Shown here piece by piece: positions 50,217 to 59,586 of a stretch of 64,000 nt of DNA. The stretch lies in the IMG/VR virus record IMGVR_UViG_3300027834_000001; one strand, 5' to 3'. This DNA comes from an uncultured virus (IMG/VR IMGVR_UViG_3300027834_000001) (lineage: Duplodnaviria > Heunggongvirae > Uroviricota > Caudoviricetes). Numbering within the stretch: the first letter of the stretch is position 1; every line of letters begins with the position of its first letter. Made by a program: the position numbers and the translations under genes. Below the pieces are notes generated by a model. That model ran no database searches. It was not told where the DNA came from and worked only from the letters and a program-made list of their open reading frames with translations.

Positions 50217-50457
50217 TCCAAGTTCACAGTACGTGCCGAATTTCGGCTACTGGCGACACCGGAAGACCAACGCTCGCTACGAGATCATTACCTTCGCCGT
50301 TGAAGAAGCAACCATGATACCTGTCGTTGTTTACAAAGGTCATGGTCCTATGTCATCTCCAACGTGGACCCGTCCTTGCAGCGAGTTCTTCGAGATCGCC
50401 CGTTTTGTGCAGGTCAATCTGAACGAACTACCGACGGATGGAATGAACGACAAATAG
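50203..50457 (+). CDS. DUF1653-like protein
   Basis: WRHRKT...YEI...A..EATM...VVY...WTRP..EF...RF. Confidence 0.7.
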   Translation: MTIPDPSSQYVPNFGYWRHRKTNARYEIITFAVEEATMIPVVVYKGHGPMSSPTWTRPCSEFFEIARFVQVNLNELPTDGMNDK

Positions 50458-50583
50458 AAGTGGTCACAGGTAGCTTCCTTGGGTTATACTTATTGCATAA
50501 GCGAAGCGGGTTTTTGTGTTTTACCTGGAACCGTGACCGAGGCACGGGACTTCGCACTCCTCGGGAAATCTAAGGAGGCTACC

Positions 50584-50802
50584 ATGACGACGATCACTGA
50601 ACCTAAACAGTTTGAGCACTTCCATATCGCCCAAGTAAGAGGCATCTGCCGCCTTCTCCACGTGGGTCTCAAGCAACGCGGGATGACCAAGCGCAAGGCC
50701 GCTGATATGGCTGGCGCGATCACTGGCAAGAAGTATAAAGTCAGTGAGTTGCATCAGGCAGCCGAGGACATCACCGCTCATCTGAAGGAGCATTACCATT
50801 GA
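50584..50802 (+). CDS. Hypothetical protein
   Basis: TAAGGAGGCTACC RBS, A..ITGKKYK motif. Confidence 0.65.
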   Translation: MTTITEPKQFEHFHIAQVRGICRLLHVGLKQRGMTKRKAADMAGAITGKKYKVSELHQAAEDITAHLKEHYH

Positions 50803-51134
50803 CCCTAACCTTTGAATTTGAAGAGTTCCCTATTGAGGGACCAGACGGTGTTTCCGTAGATGAGAAAACCGTACTTTGTCAAGTTGACTTGACACTGATC
50901 TCTTTCGGCGAAGCGCCAGCACCAGCCTCACTGAATTATCCTGGAGATCCAGGAGAGCCACCTGAATATGAGATCGAGGAAGTTACACTCACTGATGTTC
51001 AGCACGGTGAGCAGAAGAGCGATGCTAATATATCACTTAGTCTCAGCGAAACACAGTTTATCACGTTCTTTTCAAACGGTGCCGATGTGGTGAACAATGC
51101 TTACGAATGGGCCGCCGAACAAGAGATTGACTGA
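50799..51134 (+). CDS. Acidic hypothetical protein
   Basis: PGDPGEPPEYEI motif, 111 aa. Confidence 0.6.
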   Translation: MTLTFEFEEFPIEGPDGVSVDEKTVLCQVDLTLISFGEAPAPASLNYPGDPGEPPEYEIEEVTLTDVQHGEQKSDANISLSLSETQFITFFSNGADVVNNAYEWAAEQEID

Positions 51135-51695
51135 TCGTAAATGGTCACCAGTATAGAATCGGAGTAAAATGAAGTTGTCACCTGCCTACCGTGGGTGATA
51201 CCATTAATCAACATGGTGAACAGTGTGCATATATCCTCGGGACTACGCGTCGGTTTCTGGAACCCCTCTCCTAAGTGGGGTGATACGCCGTTCAAATGTG
51301 TGGGACACTACAATGGACCTTCCTTGGGCGATCAATCACCTGGATGGCGCGGTGAACAGGAACTCATGGAGGGAACACTGAAATTTCGTGTCGGTGTTCT
51401 GTTCCGACCTGATCTCGGCGGTAAAAGACTTGAAACAATCCTGATCTTAGAGACTTACATCGAAGAGATGTTTGAGTACGAAGATTGGGAAGCAGCGACT
51501 GGATAGAATATGATCACCGAGTATATCGACCCCTTCCTAGTTACTTGCTCTCTTGCCATTCTTGGTGGGTTCTTTGGAGCAATCGGCGCTCGGTTCGGCT
51601 GGCATCTCGCTGGCAAGATTGTCTCCAGATAAATAGAACTGGTCAACCTTGGTGTCCTTAGTGCATACTTGTAGCACGTTAATTAGGAGGCTACC

Positions 51696-51938
51696 ATGCC
51701 AAACGATTTTGGAATACCCATCACAGACAACAATCTGTTGGAAGACTTAGCTACGGCTGAGGGATACGACGATCCGTTGGATATGATGGAAGACAACGTT
51801 CACGACAGCGTTGTTCCTGGGATTTGTACTGGTTGCAGGGGAACCCAACAGTGCGAGCCTGACGCTCGTGCCAATTGGTGCGACGAATGCGGAACCAATT
51901 CCGTCCGCTCGTGCCTTGATCTCGCTGGGGTGATCTAA
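51696..51938 (+). CDS. Zinc-ribbon protein
   Basis: GICTGC...CEPDA...WCDECG...V.S. Confidence 0.7.
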   Translation: MPNDFGIPITDNNLLEDLATAEGYDDPLDMMEDNVHDSVVPGICTGCRGTQQCEPDARANWCDECGTNSVRSCLDLAGVI

Positions 51939-52105
51939 CTGTATGAATTTCATTGGGTGGGGACTCGATTACATTATAGCTAGTGCGATGTGGTTCATTG
52001 CACTGAATGGCTTCGTAATCTGGCGAGGTCGGGAAATACCAGAGGGAGGCGGATTCATGATCTGTTTACTGTCCGTTTTCCTTGGATTAATAACGGTGGT
52101 CACAG

Positions 52106-52315
52106 ATGCGCTTTTGTTTTAGCCTTTTGTTATTGCTGGCGGCTTGCACTGAGCCTGAGCCATTCGTTCCGGTTCAGCAGCCAGTACCGAACTTCGATTG
52201 GCGGGTCTACAACGGCCCGTCGTATAGTGGACCTGTGGTTGTGGAAGTCCAAACGCAACCATCCTGGAAGCGAGCAACGTATGAGAACCGCGCTCGTAGA
52301 GTGGTAATTGAATGA
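52106..52315 (+). CDS. Putative lipoprotein
   Basis: LLLLLAAC lipobox. Confidence 0.55.
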   Translation: MRFCFSLLLLLAACTEPEPFVPVQQPVPNFDWRVYNGPSYSGPVVVEVQTQPSWKRATYENRARRVVIE

Positions 52316-52655
52316 AACTATGGTCTCGGAGCCGCGTTCGTTATAACCGGCCTAAGACTATAAGAGTTCTCCCATCAGGTGAGGTTCAAAGAAAGTATTT
52401 GCGGGGAGGTAAGGAGCATGTCTGGAAGACAGTTGATTGCTTTACCCTCTCGCCAACGAAACAGCCGCGTTCATGCTCACGGGACTATAGAGCGCGGCTA
52501 TTGCGGACCGCTTATTAGCGGTCTGGGACGTCGCTTGGCCTTGGCTGGTGTGGTAGCCTACGGCAAGGTCAGGTGACTGTCTGGTGGGGCGCGTTTGGGC
52601 CACCTTACGCGTCCCGCCCCAAGGTTTAACCGCCGCTACCACAAAGGAACTAAAG

Positions 52656-52904
52656 ATGGCACTAGACGCAGCAAAATTGATTGAGATCACCCAAAGAGGC
52701 GATGCTATTTCCAAGCGGAGCAAGATCGCTCTAATGGAATTTGACGTGGCAGTTGAGGCGAACGATACCGCCAAGCAGGAAGAGATCCGCGTTAAGATGC
52801 ACCAGTTGATTGATGATCAACTGGATCTGCAATTGGAAGTGAAGCACATTAAAGATGCTCACACTAAAGAGATCTTGGAAAGGATGAAGAGAGACTTCAA
52901 GTAA
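52656..52904 (+). CDS. Helical hypothetical protein
   Basis: AAGGA RBS before MALDAAK. Confidence 0.6.
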   Translation: MALDAAKLIEITQRGDAISKRSKIALMEFDVAVEANDTAKQEEIRVKMHQLIDDQLDLQLEVKHIKDAHTKEILERMKRDFK

Positions 52905-52925
52905 CCCATAATCAAGGAGATATAG

Positions 52926-53447
52926 ATGGGCCACACACCAAACGCTAAGAAAGGCATGGCGATAATCGTCGGCCAGAACAAGGACATCCTTGAAGCGATT
53001 GCCGCTCAAAGCGATGTTGCAATGGCGAAGCAAGATCGGGACCGCGATGCTTCACTGGCAGCGATCAAGGAACGCCACGCCAATGAACTCAAGGCTGCGA
53101 AGCGCAATCACAAGCACCGCGCCAAGAAGATCAAGCGGCGTCTGAAAGAGTTCGAGGACATGGATCCGGTTGAACTGGCCGATCGTTTCAAGAATGGTGT
53201 GCCGGAAGGCACTGTGTCCGGAAATTTTATTGATTATCTGCACACTTACCAGTTGATTGGTGTAGATTTCAGTAACCTGGAGAATCGCATTCTGGCCAGC
53301 ACGATGATCCCGACTTCGCAGATGATTATGCGTGGTCGTCAGGAAGGCAAGATGGCTGATTTCATGCGGCGGTATGGTGCCAGTGATGAGAACAAGCCGA
53401 TGCGTCATCAATGGCCTACTGCGTTCGATATCGAAACAGCGTCGTAA
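52926..53447 (+). CDS. Hypothetical protein carrying condensed PolA-like motifs
   Basis: AAGGAG RBS. Contains DFSNLENRILA and RQEGKMADFMRRYG. Confidence 0.7.
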   Translation: MGHTPNAKKGMAIIVGQNKDILEAIAAQSDVAMAKQDRDRDASLAAIKERHANELKAAKRNHKHRAKKIKRRLKEFEDMDPVELADRFKNGVPEGTVSGNFIDYLHTYQLIGVDFSNLENRILASTMIPTSQMIMRGRQEGKMADFMRRYGASDENKPMRHQWPTAFDIETAS

Positions 53448-53508
53448 GACAACGAGCGTAGCGGATGGTCCGCTGCGCTTTCCTTTGGGTAATAACGGAG
53501 ATAACGAA

Positions 53509-53913
53509 ATGGAAAAAGTAATCGCAATGTTCGCTATGCTTATCGTCTTGTCGATGGGCGTGGCTGGTATCGGAGGCGTCTGGTATGGATATAAGACTGT
53601 CCAAGTCTGGGGTGCTGAAATGTCGGGCAAGGCAGTCCTTGCTGAGGCAGAGTTCTCGCGGCAAGTACGGGTCCAGGAAGCCCAAGCGAAGCTGGATGCC
53701 AGCAATCTGGAAGGTCAGGCCGAACTGACACGGGCAGAGTTTGCTTCTAAGGCGAACGCTGAACTGGCCGAGGGTCTCGGTGGTCCGGAAGGCTATCTGC
53801 GATACCTCTATATCCGGATGCTGGAAGAACAAGGCAACGCCGGACAAGTGATCTATATCCCTACCGAAGCTGGTATGCCGATCCTGGAAGCGAACCGCTT
53901 GCCTCCAGCCTAA
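53509..53913 (+). CDS. Membrane protein, SPFH/band-7-associated-like
   Basis: N-terminal TM, GKA.LA.AE..RQ, YLRYL.I and VIYIPTEAGMPILEA. Confidence 0.7.
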   Translation: MEKVIAMFAMLIVLSMGVAGIGGVWYGYKTVQVWGAEMSGKAVLAEAEFSRQVRVQEAQAKLDASNLEGQAELTRAEFASKANAELAEGLGGPEGYLRYLYIRMLEEQGNAGQVIYIPTEAGMPILEANRLPPA

Positions 53914-53985
53914 GTTGTCGGGGCAGGATAAATAGAGTTTGTCTTGCCCCGCCTGCTATGGTATACTCAGAGTAAGGAGGCTACC

Positions 53986-54846
53986 ATGAGACTTTATAAT
54001 TTTGACAATGCTGCTTCAAAAGACATCTATAATTCCATAAAAGAAATTGATCCAGAAGTCATCTTCCATAGATACTGTTCAGTTAAGACAGATCACCATG
54101 AACCTATTTCATTCAGAGTAAGCGGAGGCTCTCACGGAGATTTATTCTTTGTTGATTACACCATTGAAGGCAGTAATTTCTGTAGTCAGATGAGAGACAG
54201 AGATGGTAGATATTTCCCTAAGATTATGTTCGGTCCAGGCTTGAAGTCTCAAGAGTTGATACGTGAAACTCTCTATCCAATGAAATATGATCCTCCTCCA
54301 AGAAAACACTGGCATAAGCACCAATTTCTCGCTCTTGGGTTCGATGCTGACTACATAGATCCTAAGATGCGCATTGCCATAGAAGGTAAAGTTCCTATCG
54401 ATATGAAGAAGGAATTTGGTCCTTATCTATTTGTCTTGAAACATTTCGCTTATTACTATATGTACTGCTATTGTCTGATCCACGGGAGAGAACAGCTTGA
54501 AGGTGGAGACTACTCCGATCCCATGAGACACGTGAACACAATGCCCAAGGGAGACGAGGACAAGACCGTCATTGTGTACGTCAACAAAGAGAAGTTGGAG
54601 AGTCTGCGGGAAGATCACAGCGGGAGACGTCATAGAGAACATGGCGTCAGGGGACACTGGTGCTATTCTAAGCGAGGTGGAGATGAAGTCTGTGACCATA
54701 CCTTCTTGGAAGTTGGAAGAGCCAACAAGAGACAACGGTGTTCCAAGTGTAATAAGCTGCGCTGGTGGAGAGGCACACATAAGAGAGGTGATGCAGATCT
54801 TGGTGTGATAACACAATCTGGATACAAAGTGACGATAGATAAATAG
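53986..54846 (+). CDS. Hypothetical protein with H.VRGHW...H.RG motif
   Basis: Own promoter and RBS, AT-rich 5' half. Confidence 0.7.
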   Translation: MRLYNFDNAASKDIYNSIKEIDPEVIFHRYCSVKTDHHEPISFRVSGGSHGDLFFVDYTIEGSNFCSQMRDRDGRYFPKIMFGPGLKSQELIRETLYPMKYDPPPRKHWHKHQFLALGFDADYIDPKMRIAIEGKVPIDMKKEFGPYLFVLKHFAYYYMYCYCLIHGREQLEGGDYSDPMRHVNTMPKGDEDKTVIVYVNKEKLESLREDHSGRRHREHGVRGHWCYSKRGGDEVCDHTFLEVGRANKRQRCSKCNKLRWWRGTHKRGDADLGVITQSGYKVTIDK

Positions 54847-54910
54847 AACTGGTCACGGAATACTACCCGTGCTATTATCAGAATACAAGCAAACTTAGGA
54901 AGGCTACCAA

Positions 54911-55171
54911 ATGACGCATGACATCTCAGAAGTAAAATTGTGGATCCGTGAAAACGGCACACAGTCTCCTCGCCGCTTGCTGAACACGATTACTAACACG
55001 TCGAAGTTCAAGACGATGCCGTGGTTCAGCAAGTTGAACAACTGTACCGACGCTCATCTCATCAAGGCTGCGAAAGAACAGCGTGATGGATGGAAGTTCA
55101 ATGGTCCATGGCCTAACGCTGTGTTTGAGATTGAAGCGTTTGGACGCATTGGTGAGGAAATCGCGATATGA
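54911..55171 (+). CDS. Hypothetical protein
   Basis: Has a promoter and GGCTACC-type RBS. Confidence 0.6.
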   Translation: MTHDISEVKLWIRENGTQSPRRLLNTITNTSKFKTMPWFSKLNNCTDAHLIKAAKEQRDGWKFNGPWPNAVFEIEAFGRIGEEIAI

Positions 55172-55332
55172 GAAGCGCTGAAGATTGCCGCCGAAAAGCA
55201 AATCAGCATTGGGAGATGGCTGGTCTGGCACGTCAGGATGGAGACACTGCTGACGCCGACCGCCACACCAGAGACGCCCGTCTGTGGGACCAACGTGCAG
55301 CAGATGGAGGACACCCATGCGAGGAGTCTTGA
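55168..55332 (+). CDS. Small hypothetical protein (54 aa)
   Basis: MRSAEDCRRKANQHWEMAGLARQDGD..., ATGA overlap and GAGG RBS. Confidence 0.5.
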   Translation: MRSAEDCRRKANQHWEMAGLARQDGDTADADRHTRDARLWDQRAADGGHPCEES

Positions 55333-55694
55333 TCAATCCGTATATTAAGACCATTGAAGAGTGTATCGTCAAGAAGAACGATATCAACTCGGTATATCGT
55401 GCGATGACATGGCTCGGCCATAAGGTCGAGATCGTACAGGTCGGCCTCGTTCTCCCACAGGGTGATAACCTGCTGGTCGATGAAGAAGCTGCTCTCAAGC
55501 CTGGACGCCCAGTCTGGAAGCTGAATGGTGTCGCCTTCGTTGGGTGTGGTCTCTTCCTTGGGTCCGATAATGATGGAGCGACATGGTGCTCTGCGAAGAT
55601 CCCACTGGTGGATGTTCAGGTCTATACGTCGTGGACAACGATTGTCTCAACTGGTAAGGTGGATACTGACCGCCTGCCCCATGAAGTGGAGTGA
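55317..55694 (+). CDS. DUF3846-like protein
   Basis: LINP, LLVDEEA.LK and FVG.GL.LG.D..G. Confidence 0.6.
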   Translation: MRGVLINPYIKTIEECIVKKNDINSVYRAMTWLGHKVEIVQVGLVLPQGDNLLVDEEAALKPGRPVWKLNGVAFVGCGLFLGSDNDGATWCSAKIPLVDVQVYTSWTTIVSTGKVDTDRLPHEVE

Positions 55695-55876
55695 CTGAAA
55701 TGTGGAAGCTTAAATTCGCACTGATTATATTAGCAATCGCTTGCTCCTGTGTCATTGGGCCGTATCTACTATGGACCGATTGGCAGAAGGGTAATTGGTT
55801 CCTTATGTTTGCCGATGCAGTAATTATCTGGATGTGTGCCGACTATCTGTGGCGTCGCTTCAAGGAGCAATCCTGA
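55691..55876 (+). CDS. Small membrane protein
   Basis: Two hydrophobic segments. Confidence 0.5.
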   Translation: MTEMWKLKFALIILAIACSCVIGPYLLWTDWQKGNWFLMFADAVIIWMCADYLWRRFKEQS

Positions 55877-56094
55877 TGGGACTGTATGATGGACACGCTT
55901 GGGCCGAACTTGCTAAGGAAGCTGGCTTTGATCCAGAAAATACTGAAACCGCTGCGAGATCAGCGTTCAGGTTTTGTGCAGACAGGCTCGCTGAGAAAAC
56001 CCAAGAGGCTGAAAAGCTGCGTCGGGAACGCGAGGATCTTCGTATGTTCTGCAAAGGCATGGCGAACAACATAAAAAGGATGCTGAACACATGA
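55876..56094 (+). CDS. Hypothetical protein
   Basis: AAGGAG RBS. Confidence 0.55.
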   Translation: MGLYDGHAWAELAKEAGFDPENTETAARSAFRFCADRLAEKTQEAEKLRREREDLRMFCKGMANNIKRMLNT

Positions 56095-56263
56095 TTACTG
56101 CAATCTCAATCCTTATGTGGATAATGTCTGCATTCTTCTTCGGTGTGTTTGCACGGCATGATCCTGAAACACCGAACGACAAGTCAGGTTTCATCCTTTG
56201 GGCTGTGGTCACGCTTATCTGCGCGTTTGTGGCTGCATCACTTCAAATATATGGAATGTGGTC

Positions 56264-56812
56264 ATGGTAGACACAACCTGCAAACAAAGTCCTACGGGAC
56301 GTCATGCTCCACTCGTATTGGGAGGAGAATGTCAGCACTGCCACGCTGTTCTTGATAGTAGAGGAGCGGCACCGAATTACATGTTCGATAAGGTGAAGAT
56401 GGTGCATCAACCCACTGGTCTCAGCGTTGATTTAATATCTGGCAGCGATGCAAGCCTGCGTATTGCCCACCTTACCCTAATGCAACTTGTCAAGGAGGCC
56501 TCAGAAGGCTCTGCGGACGCGCTGGATGGCGCTGGCTTGGCAGGGGTGCAGCGGCTACGTCCGCAGAACTCCTATGAACGTGCCAGAAAGGCAGTTGTTG
56601 CCCTATATGAAGAACAATCTGTCGGCGGTATCCTGCATATCGTTACAGATGATCTAAACACAGAAGATCATCATCTCAAATACTGTGGGCAATATTACGA
56701 TGAACCACACCCTTCGTGGGGAAGATCAATGACTGACGTAGAGAAAGAATGTTACAACGCACTTCTGGCTCTAAGTGAAGAAGAACGAGAATCAGCAATT
56801 CTAGGAGTATGA
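56264..56812 (+). CDS. Hypothetical protein
   Basis: GGILHIVTDD.N.ED motif. Start is uncertain. Confidence 0.55.
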   Translation: MVDTTCKQSPTGRHAPLVLGGECQHCHAVLDSRGAAPNYMFDKVKMVHQPTGLSVDLISGSDASLRIAHLTLMQLVKEASEGSADALDGAGLAGVQRLRPQNSYERARKAVVALYEEQSVGGILHIVTDDLNTEDHHLKYCGQYYDEPHPSWGRSMTDVEKECYNALLALSEEERESAILGV

Positions 56813-56813
56813 C

Positions 56814-57083
56814 ATGTCAGATACTATACGTAGAAGCAGGTTGGATAGCAAGAAGCTACGAGCCAACGACAATACGACCATGATTGGTCGAATATACATG
56901 CACTTCAAGAACCAGAGGTTGTATCGTGTTGACGATATCATCTGGAATGGAGATACAGACGAATGGTCGATCCTCCATTCTCGTCAAGGTACGGATACAC
57001 GCTTTGTTCGCTCGCTTTCCAACTTCAATGGCTGCTTCGATGACACTGAGCAACGCCGCTTCATCTTGATAAAGGAAGACTGA
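56814..57083 (+). CDS. DUF1653-like protein
   Basis: G.IY.HFKN..LY.V...FVRS...F. Confidence 0.6.
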   Translation: MSDTIRRSRLDSKKLRANDNTTMIGRIYMHFKNQRLYRVDDIIWNGDTDEWSILHSRQGTDTRFVRSLSNFNGCFDDTEQRRFILIKED

Positions 57084-57084
57084 T

Positions 57085-57327
57085 ATGTGTGAATTCTGTG
57101 ATGTAAACAAACAAGTCGAGAAACTGCACAGTGAACTGAGCTTCCGGTTCGCTCAGTTTCAAGTGGAACTGGATGCAGAACGCGAGGACGAGGCCGCTAA
57201 ATGCCAAGACCGAGCCGCCACAATCCAGAAGGAGATCTTCACACTTCTTCGTCGACGAGCATCCCTCGATATAATGCACGAGGAAGAAGGCGGTCTGAAA
57301 AACATGTTCTCGAAGATGGTGAACTAA
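57085..57327 (+). CDS. Hypothetical protein
   Basis: MCEFC N-terminus and coiled coil. Confidence 0.55.
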   Translation: MCEFCDVNKQVEKLHSELSFRFAQFQVELDAEREDEAAKCQDRAATIQKEIFTLLRRRASLDIMHEEEGGLKNMFSKMVN

Positions 57328-57554
57328 TGAAACTCGGTCATCGTGCAGCTTTCTACGTCTGGTTTAACGAAGCTAAACGCTTCCTCACATATGACATATT
57401 CAAGGATGAGTTCGGCTCCTCATCCAGCCCTCATGCCGCTACCCTATTCACTTCCAGAGCAACGGCAGAAAGGATCGTGGATAGGATCCGGCCATCCCAC
57501 TCCTATACGATCATACAGACAAGAACTCATGAACCGAACGTCATTGTAGGTTAG
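57327..57554 (+). CDS. Hypothetical protein
   Basis: TAATG coupling, A.LF.SR..AE motif. Confidence 0.5.
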   Translation: MKLGHRAAFYVWFNEAKRFLTYDIFKDEFGSSSSPHAATLFTSRATAERIVDRIRPSHSYTIIQTRTHEPNVIVG

Positions 57555-57567
57555 AGTGGATAAGTCG

Positions 57568-58203
57568 TCATGACATGCTCCTCGGACGATCACCCCGTGC
57601 TTTCGGAATTGTTTTGCTGCTCTCATTTGTCATCTCATATTTAGCCCAAAGGGCCATCCAATCAACACGCTCGTTAAGTTCGAATATGCTGCTGTTTGTA
57701 GTCTCATCAGCGTACAAACTCATCATATCTTGCCGCGAGCACGCAGCTAGGTCCTCAAAAATGTCGGCAGTCATTTCGCGATGCTGGTCGTTCTCATGTT
57801 TGTGGATATCCTTCCACTCGTTCTCGAGCCTCCAGATCCACATGCTGAGCATCCACTCCAGGCCGTACTCCACGTCTTTCTGATCATTCCAGATATAAAT
57901 CATGGTCGCCTTATGGTTGTCTTTGGTTACGCCTTTCAGGTGCCTTGGATCATAGGTAGAAGCCTGCAGAATGGTCCGTCCCATTTGTCGTTTGGTGACT
58001 TCTGGATATTTCTCAAATAACCACTCATGCAGTTCGCCGATTGGGACATGGTTTATAAAGTCTGTCCGGCACCAGTGGTAGAGTATCACTTGGGCTTTCA
58101 TGTTCCTGTGGTCATACAGTTGGTATGTCGATCCAGGATTGTCGATATGTGTACGATAATCTCCGAGCGGTCTTAAAGGAAGGAAGCGGTTATGTCGGTG
58201 CAT
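57568..58203 (-). CDS. Hypothetical protein (minus strand)
   Basis: 211-aa ORF with AGAGGT RBS upstream on the minus strand, divergent from terS. Confidence 0.65.
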   Translation of the reverse strand: MHRHNRFLPLRPLGDYRTHIDNPGSTYQLYDHRNMKAQVILYHWCRTDFINHVPIGELHEWLFEKYPEVTKRQMGRTILQASTYDPRHLKGVTKDNHKATMIYIWNDQKDVEYGLEWMLSMWIWRLENEWKDIHKHENDQHREMTADIFEDLAACSRQDMMSLYADETTNSSIFELNERVDWMALWAKYEMTNESSKTIPKARGDRPRSMS

Positions 58204-58524
58204 GGTGAGTACCTCTTAGTATATAAAGTGACATGATATATTATGCGTAAGACGTTGTAAAGGCTTAGTTTTCTCTTTGAGCACAATACATTGGTACTTC
58301 TTTTTTTGGCTTACGCAGGTTGCAGGGTAAATGCCCAAGGGAGGTCAGGTAGCTGGCTGGAAGGTAGTAGAGTAGTGAAGTATACCTCTATTTAGTATTT
58401 AATAAAAATAGAATTAGTAATAGAAACAACGGTTTAGCTGGCTGAGGGTTGACTCTACTGAAATACTACAGACAGATCTGGAAATAATGAGGCTTGCTTT
58501 CTTTGGGCTTGACGACTACTGTTA

Positions 58525-59202
58525 ATGGAGGGATCTTCTTATTCTTCCTTCGCACGCACACTGATGAGAGAGATGACAATGACTGACGAAACAGATTATG
58601 CTCAGCAATACGACGAGAACTTCTCGCAGCGAGAACGACCCCGCTCCCTTATCAGTCGCGGATCGAAAGTCCAAAAAGTGGATATATTTGATGACGTCAC
58701 TGGAGAATGGCGGACAGAGATAAGAATGTCTCGTATAAAGTTCGACGACAAGGCCAAGGAAGTGTTCTTGTTGGAGTTTGCGAAATGGGGACGGATGGGT
58801 GAGGCAGCAGCCGCAGCAGGAGTATCTCCGCAGACTGTCAGACATCACATGGAAGAAGACGAAGAGTTCGCAGAAGCCATGCTCATGCAAGAGCAGGAGT
58901 ATCAAGAGAAGCTTATCGGTCACCATCAAAACCTGTTGTTCAATGGGACGACAAAGAAGAGTTATGACCGCAACGGCAACCTCGTCTCCGAAGAAACAAT
59001 CTATCCTATCCGCCTCATCGAGTTGGAACTGAAGAAGCACGACGAGGGATACCGAGATAAACAAGAGGTGAAAGTCAATCACACTGGCGGCGTAATGGTT
59101 GCACCAGCCGAGACCAAGGATGTGGACGATTGGGAGAAGCGTTTCGGAGCGGCGAAGGATGTCACTCCTGGGCCTCTCCCGATTGAAGACAAGGAAGACT
59201 GA
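58525..59202 (+). CDS. terS: Terminase small subunit
   Basis: HTH: FL......G....AA.AAGVS.QTV..H...DEEF.EA, then YP.RL.EL.LK.H...YRDK.EV. Start may be 58573. Confidence 0.75.
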   Translation: MEGSSYSSFARTLMREMTMTDETDYAQQYDENFSQRERPRSLISRGSKVQKVDIFDDVTGEWRTEIRMSRIKFDDKAKEVFLLEFAKWGRMGEAAAAAGVSPQTVRHHMEEDEEFAEAMLMQEQEYQEKLIGHHQNLLFNGTTKKSYDRNGNLVSEETIYPIRLIELELKKHDEGYRDKQEVKVNHTGGVMVAPAETKDVDDWEKRFGAAKDVTPGPLPIEDKED

Positions 59203-59490
59203 AAAATCGCCGACAAGGATTATCAGACGAGGTCTCCAGGAGCGACTCCATCTGCAGAATTCGCCGACACGATCTGTCGGATTGAAGATCTGTAGGATTC
59301 TCTGTCCTCATCTACATCGTCTTCCTCTTCTTCCGTATGATCTGTAGATCTCAGAGATCGTGGAAATAACCCGAGATGGAGATATCCTGGAAATAAATGT
59401 CCTTTGCAGATAAATAGAGTTTGTCACACTCCGAGCCACATGCTATTCTGAGCGTACCTTAAACAAACACCCACGCGAAAGGCTACCACC

Positions 59491-59586
59491 ATGACACGCG
59501 CACAATTGAACGAACTCGTCGCTGATTATCTCGCACGTGGAGGCAAGATTACTGTTTGCCCGACCACCGACAGGAGGATCAGCTGA
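59491..59586 (+). CDS. Small protein with YLARGGKI motif (31 aa)
   Basis: MTRAQLNELVADYLARGGKITVCPTTDRRIS after the promoter at 59421 and AGGCTACC. Confidence 0.6.
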   Translation: MTRAQLNELVADYLARGGKITVCPTTDRRIS

